DNA of 64,000 nucleotides. Origin: Podarcis gaigeae (lineage: Eukaryota). The translations under genes were made by a program, and so were the position numbers. The notes under the pieces are model-generated. The model saw only the letters and a program-made list of their open reading frames with translations. It did not search any database and had not been told where the DNA came from. This document shows positions 58,527 to 64,000 of this stretch, piece by piece. The stretch's first letter is position 1. Every line of letters begins with the position of its first letter. The stretch lies in assembly GCA_964106915.2 (NCBI GenBank), contig OZ066919.1; one strand, written 5' to 3'.

Positions 58527-61500
58527 TTCTATTGCATATAAATGTCCTAGGTGTCACATTTTCATCTTAATGACTTAGGTTATTAGTACAGCCCTGAAAG
58601 AAGCAAAGAAAAATTAACACAGACTTCATAGACATTCTTGACATCATGAGGGCTAGAGTTCTTGGGGTTTTTTTTTAAAAAAGACTATAAAGCAGACAAT
58701 TGGTAGAAGATGACTAAGCCTTATGGGCCAAATAAACATCAGTAAGGCTGGAAGATCTACACCTCTGGTTATAAGTGAGCGGGGACCTTGTTTTTATGGC
58801 TAGGTTAGTGAGGAAACCTGTAACTCATAAAACATTCCAGGAATAGAAGACTGTGTGTGACTCACAGCTATCAGGGCTCCCAAAGATGCCTGGCCATTGA
58901 GAAGTGAAAGGCACTCCAAATGGAAATTATAGAATAACCACTAGAGAGAGTTTCTTGCACCCACACTTCTCTCTCACAAATCTCATGCTAGCAATGACCT
59001 ACCCAGTGGTGCTTACATTCACCCACACAGTATGTACACTGAAAAAGACAACGGCTGCATTGAGCTGTAACTCTTTATTCTATAAGGACCAAACCACCTG
59101 CAATGCAGGGTGTCCACCTGCAAAACATTACTTAGGCTATGATTGGTCCAAAGGAGCCAGGAGTCACACAAACCAAGAGCCCTTGAAAAGTGAGCAGTCC
59201 TGTGCAGTATTTGTCCCCTTCTTCCACTGGAGTCCATAACCGACCTTCGGGGAAACCTGCAACTGGTTATCCTTGCTGTTTTGAGACCAGAGCACTGAAT
59301 TGTACATAAATAGCTTCAGATCAGTCACGTTTGAACCACAGAGCTCCTTTTGCTTCTATGCTTTTTTGTCCATTTGCCTTCTTCCCTTCTATCCTTAATA
59401 AGGCTTTGTATAAATTTGACTGCTGGAGTGTGTGTTTGCCAAGCTCAAGGATTCTAGGAATCTCCCACAAGTCTAGATTGCTTGGAGGATAGGATTGGAT
59501 TGTTAAAACCCAGCAAGTTGCAACAGGAGAGATAGAAAGCTGAGGGGCTGGATTTATGCTCTAGATAAACTGTGAGGGACCCGGCTGGGAAATGGAGAAC
59601 GTGTTGTCCCTAGGATCTTGGGGCTCTTATATTTCCTTGAGCACCCCAGATTTCTTCTTACGGAGCGGGGAACAGCTGTGAGTTCATAGGCAAGTGGTGG
59701 CAGCTGTTACTGGGTAGTTAAGATGCAATGGGCCTACTTCGCCAGGCCATTGTGCAAGAAGGAGTATACAAAGCTTTCCTGAGCTTCTGTCACAGGGGGC
59801 GCCAGTATTACACTACCCAGGATGCTTGGGGGAAAGACATGTGTCTTAAATTCACTTTAATTGTGACCATCTCAGTTTGTTGGATAACACAAATGTGAGA
59901 ACATGGGAGGATTAGACAGGAGGAGTAGGCTGCCTAAACACCTTCTCCACCTGCCTTTTTCCTCCTATAGCCCTTCCACCTCCTGGGCATTTTATCCCCA
60001 TCTTCTTAAAGTCCAAACTGCTAGAGAAGTGGCGTGCGGTTAGGATTAAGCCACCCCGCTTTTTCCTGCTGATTCTCCCCTGCAAATAACCCCATATTAC
60101 CCAGAAAACACAGGATTTGGGAAGCCTCTGTTTATTGTGTAATGTATTCCCAGCTTTAGTTACTCCAAATCTCCGTCTAGACTTCAGATCGGAATTGTCT
60201 ACCCTGGCTAGCAATGGGTATCCAAGCAGAGGTCTTTCCCAGCTCTGCTGTCTGAGATTCTTTAATCAGAATTGCTAGGGATAGAATCTGGGGTTTTTGC
60301 ATGCAAAACACGTACTGCACTGCTGAGTTATGGCGTCTCCCTTGGAATGCGTAATGCAATAATAGATAAAAGGGTACCTCTAAGCACCTGCAGAAAGCAT
60401 TTCCTTCACCACCAAGTAGCCATATGCACACCCTTCTATTGTTTAATAAATAACCCTTTTAAAAATATGCTGCCAGGATTGCCCCCCTTTTCGGCAGTAC
60501 TTTTCTGTGCCTTTAACACTGCATGACAGGCAAACATTAAGCAGGCACTGGATCCATCAGCATGTTGATACGGTGACAGCAGCCATGATGCTATGGGCAG
60601 CTTAGAGGCCTTGCCATAAAAAAGCAAGCATTCCCCCCCCCCCATACAACCCCTATAAAATCTGGGCTCCAAAGAGAGATTCCCCCCCCCCCGCCACCCA
60701 AACCACCCCCAAACACTGGGAAGGAATATTTTGACACTCTCATTTATCATATAGCACTTGTATAGCCTGAGGCGAAGCTCATTTAGTCAGAAGTAAATAC
60801 GCGAAGCACCAAAACCTTAGTGTGTGGAAAGAGCGTTATGATCCTCACTGCCTTCGTCATGTGAGAGTTGTTGTTAAGTTGTCCTCTTTTGTAAATAGGG
60901 AATGCAGCCTACCATAGCCTTCCAATGAGCTTCTTGTTTGAGTTAAGATTTGAACACAGGCCCCAGCTTTCCCCACTGATCTCATTAGTTCTGCGCAGCC
61001 TAATTGAAAGTCTTGTTCATATACTTGCATTCCTCACTCTTTAATTTTCTTGAAGACACAGAAAGCAAAGGGAGTACACAGCTAAAAGAATTTGAAACCA
61101 TCACACATATATTCTGTTCTAGGTATAATTTTCCTAGACTGCCAACAACCTCAACCGGTCTAGTAAATCTTATTTCTCAAATACAACACTCTGTTGTAGA
61201 GTTTATTGTTGCTATTATTGCTCTGAATTACTGTAGTTGCTTTCATATGAGTTTCTTGGATCATAGGAACCTACCTTATCCTGACTCAGACCATTGGCCC
61301 AATTAGTTCAATATTGTCTACACTGACAAGATGTTGTTGGCCTACAACTCCCATCAGCCCTGACCATTGGTCATGCTGGCTAGGGCTGATGGAAGTTGGA
61401 GTCCAGCAATACCTTGCTTTAGTCTACCAGCCACTACTAAGGAAGAAAGGCATGCTACAAAATCAGCTCATGTGGATAGTTTTGCAGGGCATGGGTTCAA

Positions 61501-64000
61501 TAAACAGGAAGCAAAATAGTAATCAGACAACACAAAAGCAGCTGAATTTATTCCAGTGTTTTTAAGAATCCAGCCATCCGGTTGCCATCATCCTGCCTCA
61601 TGCTAACTTGTTCTGAATGCCACAAAGCCTCAATATATGGTGCCATTCCAGCAGTGGTTTTCTAGTGCGTGTGGACACTCTGACTTGTGACTAGCTTGTA
61701 CTTACATATTCATCACCACAAGGCTCTTCTAAGGTCTTCTAGGGGGGAGGCCCCTTATAAATGCGGAAGGAAACTTCAGCTATTAGCCTCCTAAGTAAGG
61801 GTGGCGAGGTGAATTACTGTCAATTATCCTGACAATATTACGGTGGCATTTTGGCAGAGAAACTCCCTTGGGGGTCAAGAATATGAGGCCTACATTCATT
61901 AAGAGAGAAGGGGTGTGTGCGTGTGTTTTAAAAAGGGGACCTGGGCAGGAATGCCTGTGGAATGTTGAAAGACAGGGAGAAAATGGATTCCAAACCTTCC
62001 TGGTGGAAATGAGAGGCTCGAACAATTCAGAGCAGGAACCAGCAAACGACCAGTCACGGAGGAAGTGCAAAGAGACCCCTCTTTACTCAGGAGGCACTGA
62101 ACGGATGAGCCGGATAGATTGTTAATAGCTAGTAATCGCAGACACAGCTGAGAACATAGGCCAGAGCAAGCCCGACAAGCACTTACAAGAAGGAAACATG
62201 ACAGGATGCAAACATTGAGTAGGAAAGGGGAGCAGCGTTGCACAGCCTCCGCCTGTCCTGAAATGTAACTCGTGTTTAAAATTACATTAATCATGCTGTC
62301 TGCGGTTAGAGCACCTGGCTAGAAGGTCAGAGATGGACAGTAGCAGGTCCTCATGCAGGGTAAATTGCTCTGTTGACACTGGAGGAGCCGCAAGGTGGGA
62401 AAATGCGGCTCATCCTCATGTTCCGATGAGAAGAGGTCTTGCTAGATTAAACTGACAATGGCCATGTCAGGGAGTTGATATTGGTACCTCCCTGGATGTG
62501 TGGCGGTTCAGATAACTGGCAATTTTAGTTCTTGTACCATAACCTTAATAGTTACACATTTGAAATACTCTGCACAGGGTCAGAGGCACTCTGTAGCCAG
62601 CCTGCTGCTGGTGTAATGGAAAACAGTTTCGGCAGATGATAAGGGGGTGTTCAGGTTGGTGTTCCTGGCATGAGGTTTTAGGCTGAAAACAGTACTAGTG
62701 TAAGTGCATCTGAAATTAAGCACTTAAGAGGACAGGAACCTGGGATATAGGGCAGTGTACACAACCCAATTTCCACCTCTGGTGGCATACAGAAAAACTG
62801 GATCTGAATCATCTGTTGGTGCCACGAAGTCTCTGTCTGGAAGCACCCATAGTTGCCTGTCTGTTGAACTCCCGTGGTATTCTATTGTGTCTTCTCATTC
62901 CTGCCCACCCCAAATGTAATTAGTGGGGATCCCCTCTTGCCCCACTTATTGTGGAATAAGTCTGTCCAGTGTAGACTGCCAAAGTGCTGCTGAAGCTTTT
63001 CAGAGTTAATGGCATTTCAGCTAGTACGTTCAGCTAGTCCTTGTCCGTTTATTTAACTGGCAATCAATTAGTCAGTTCCTGTGCTTTTTAGAGTACAGTT
63101 GCTCTTGTTTGCAATGCCAGATGCCAAATCATTGACATATATGATATATTAGAGGAGGGGGGAGAGTCAGCCCCCCCCATTGTCCCACAATTCTTCAGTA
63201 GGCTGTAACTAACAACCAAAGGAGGAGTCTGTTGAAGGTGAGCAGAAGGCATGAGGGAGGTGTGATTAGGACACTCATCATTACAAACTCCATAGTACTG
63301 GGCAATTAGCTGCTGTGCACATTTGATTTTCAACATGTTGCATCTTCTTACGCAACCAGATGAAGTGTGGGACAGGATTGCGTGATCCTGACTAATGCAC
63401 TTTTTGTCAAATTAAACAGCACGTGTGAACATGGACACTATGCACGCGTCGGTGCAATTATACAACCAGCAAGGACTGGCAGACATATTCTGATGTCGCT
63501 GTGTAGTTGCCCCTGCAGAAGAAGGTTAATTATATCTTTTAAGTTGCCTCAGTTGTCAGCCCTTGATACTAGTCCCAAGCTGACAGTTATATACATAGCA
63601 ATTAACCAACATAAAGGATTTGTGGCGATGGGGAGAGGCTTGGCCTTCTTTTCTAAAGCGTGGGCGCGCACACACAAAATGTTTCTTTAATGGAGCTTAA
63701 CATAGGTGGCAAATATTTCGCTCATAAATATTTCATTTACCAACATGTCAGTTCAACAAACATTGACTCAAATCAAGACCCTGATAACAAAGTTTCTTTT
63801 TATGAGAGGAAAAAGTGAGGGTTGCTTATTTTTCAAAAATAACCCAACAGTTCCTTTTATCTCTACAGCTTCAGATATCAATATATCAACCTGCACAAAG
63901 TCCATGCTACACAGGTTTTGCGAGGACCAACAGCCTTGTTTAAATTAGTTTGCATTGTGAATCTGGATCTTTTTTCGGGTTAGGGATGGGGAAGAAGTTT

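Noticed and set aside
38500-64000. CDCP2 exons expected from human synteny
   Set aside because: No CUB-domain or C-terminal TM peptide found by eye on the minus strand; probably beyond the window
1-64000. CRISPR array, prokaryotic operon, rRNA, NUMT or SECIS element
   Set aside because: The sequence is intron-rich vertebrate DNA; no regular repeat-spacer array, mitochondrial or rRNA similarity, or in-frame UGA in the gene models

Overview
Vertebrate genomic DNA from a squamate reptile, probably a lacertid lizard (inferred from Sauria/POM-type SINEs and a tRNA-Lys/CR1-tail SINE). The first 38 kb hold four complete multi-exon genes, which I assembled by hand from GT-AG boundaries and reading-frame continuity: LRRC42 (+, 7 coding exons, 409 aa), LDLRAD1 (-, 6 exons, 217 aa), TMEM59 (-, 8 exons, 327/328 aa) and TCEANC2 (+, 4 coding exons, 208 aa). 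This is the gene order known from human 1p32.3. TMEM59 and TCEANC2 share a head-to-head CpG-island promoter. The remaining ~25 kb contain no protein-coding gene I can recognise and are dense in SINEs, CR1/L2/BovB fragments and hAT and Tc1/mariner MITEs. The most unusual feature is a young 1143-bp non-autonomous hAT element (56644-57786) with perfect 15-bp TIRs and a perfect 8-bp TSD. Its cargo is CpG-island-like DNA plus an apparently intact AG/GT-bounded 124-nt coding exon, making it a candidate Pack-TIR gene-fragment capture. It is nested inside an LTR-like sequence, which in turn splits a SINE. Almost all ORFs in the supplied track are spurious or are exon read-throughs.
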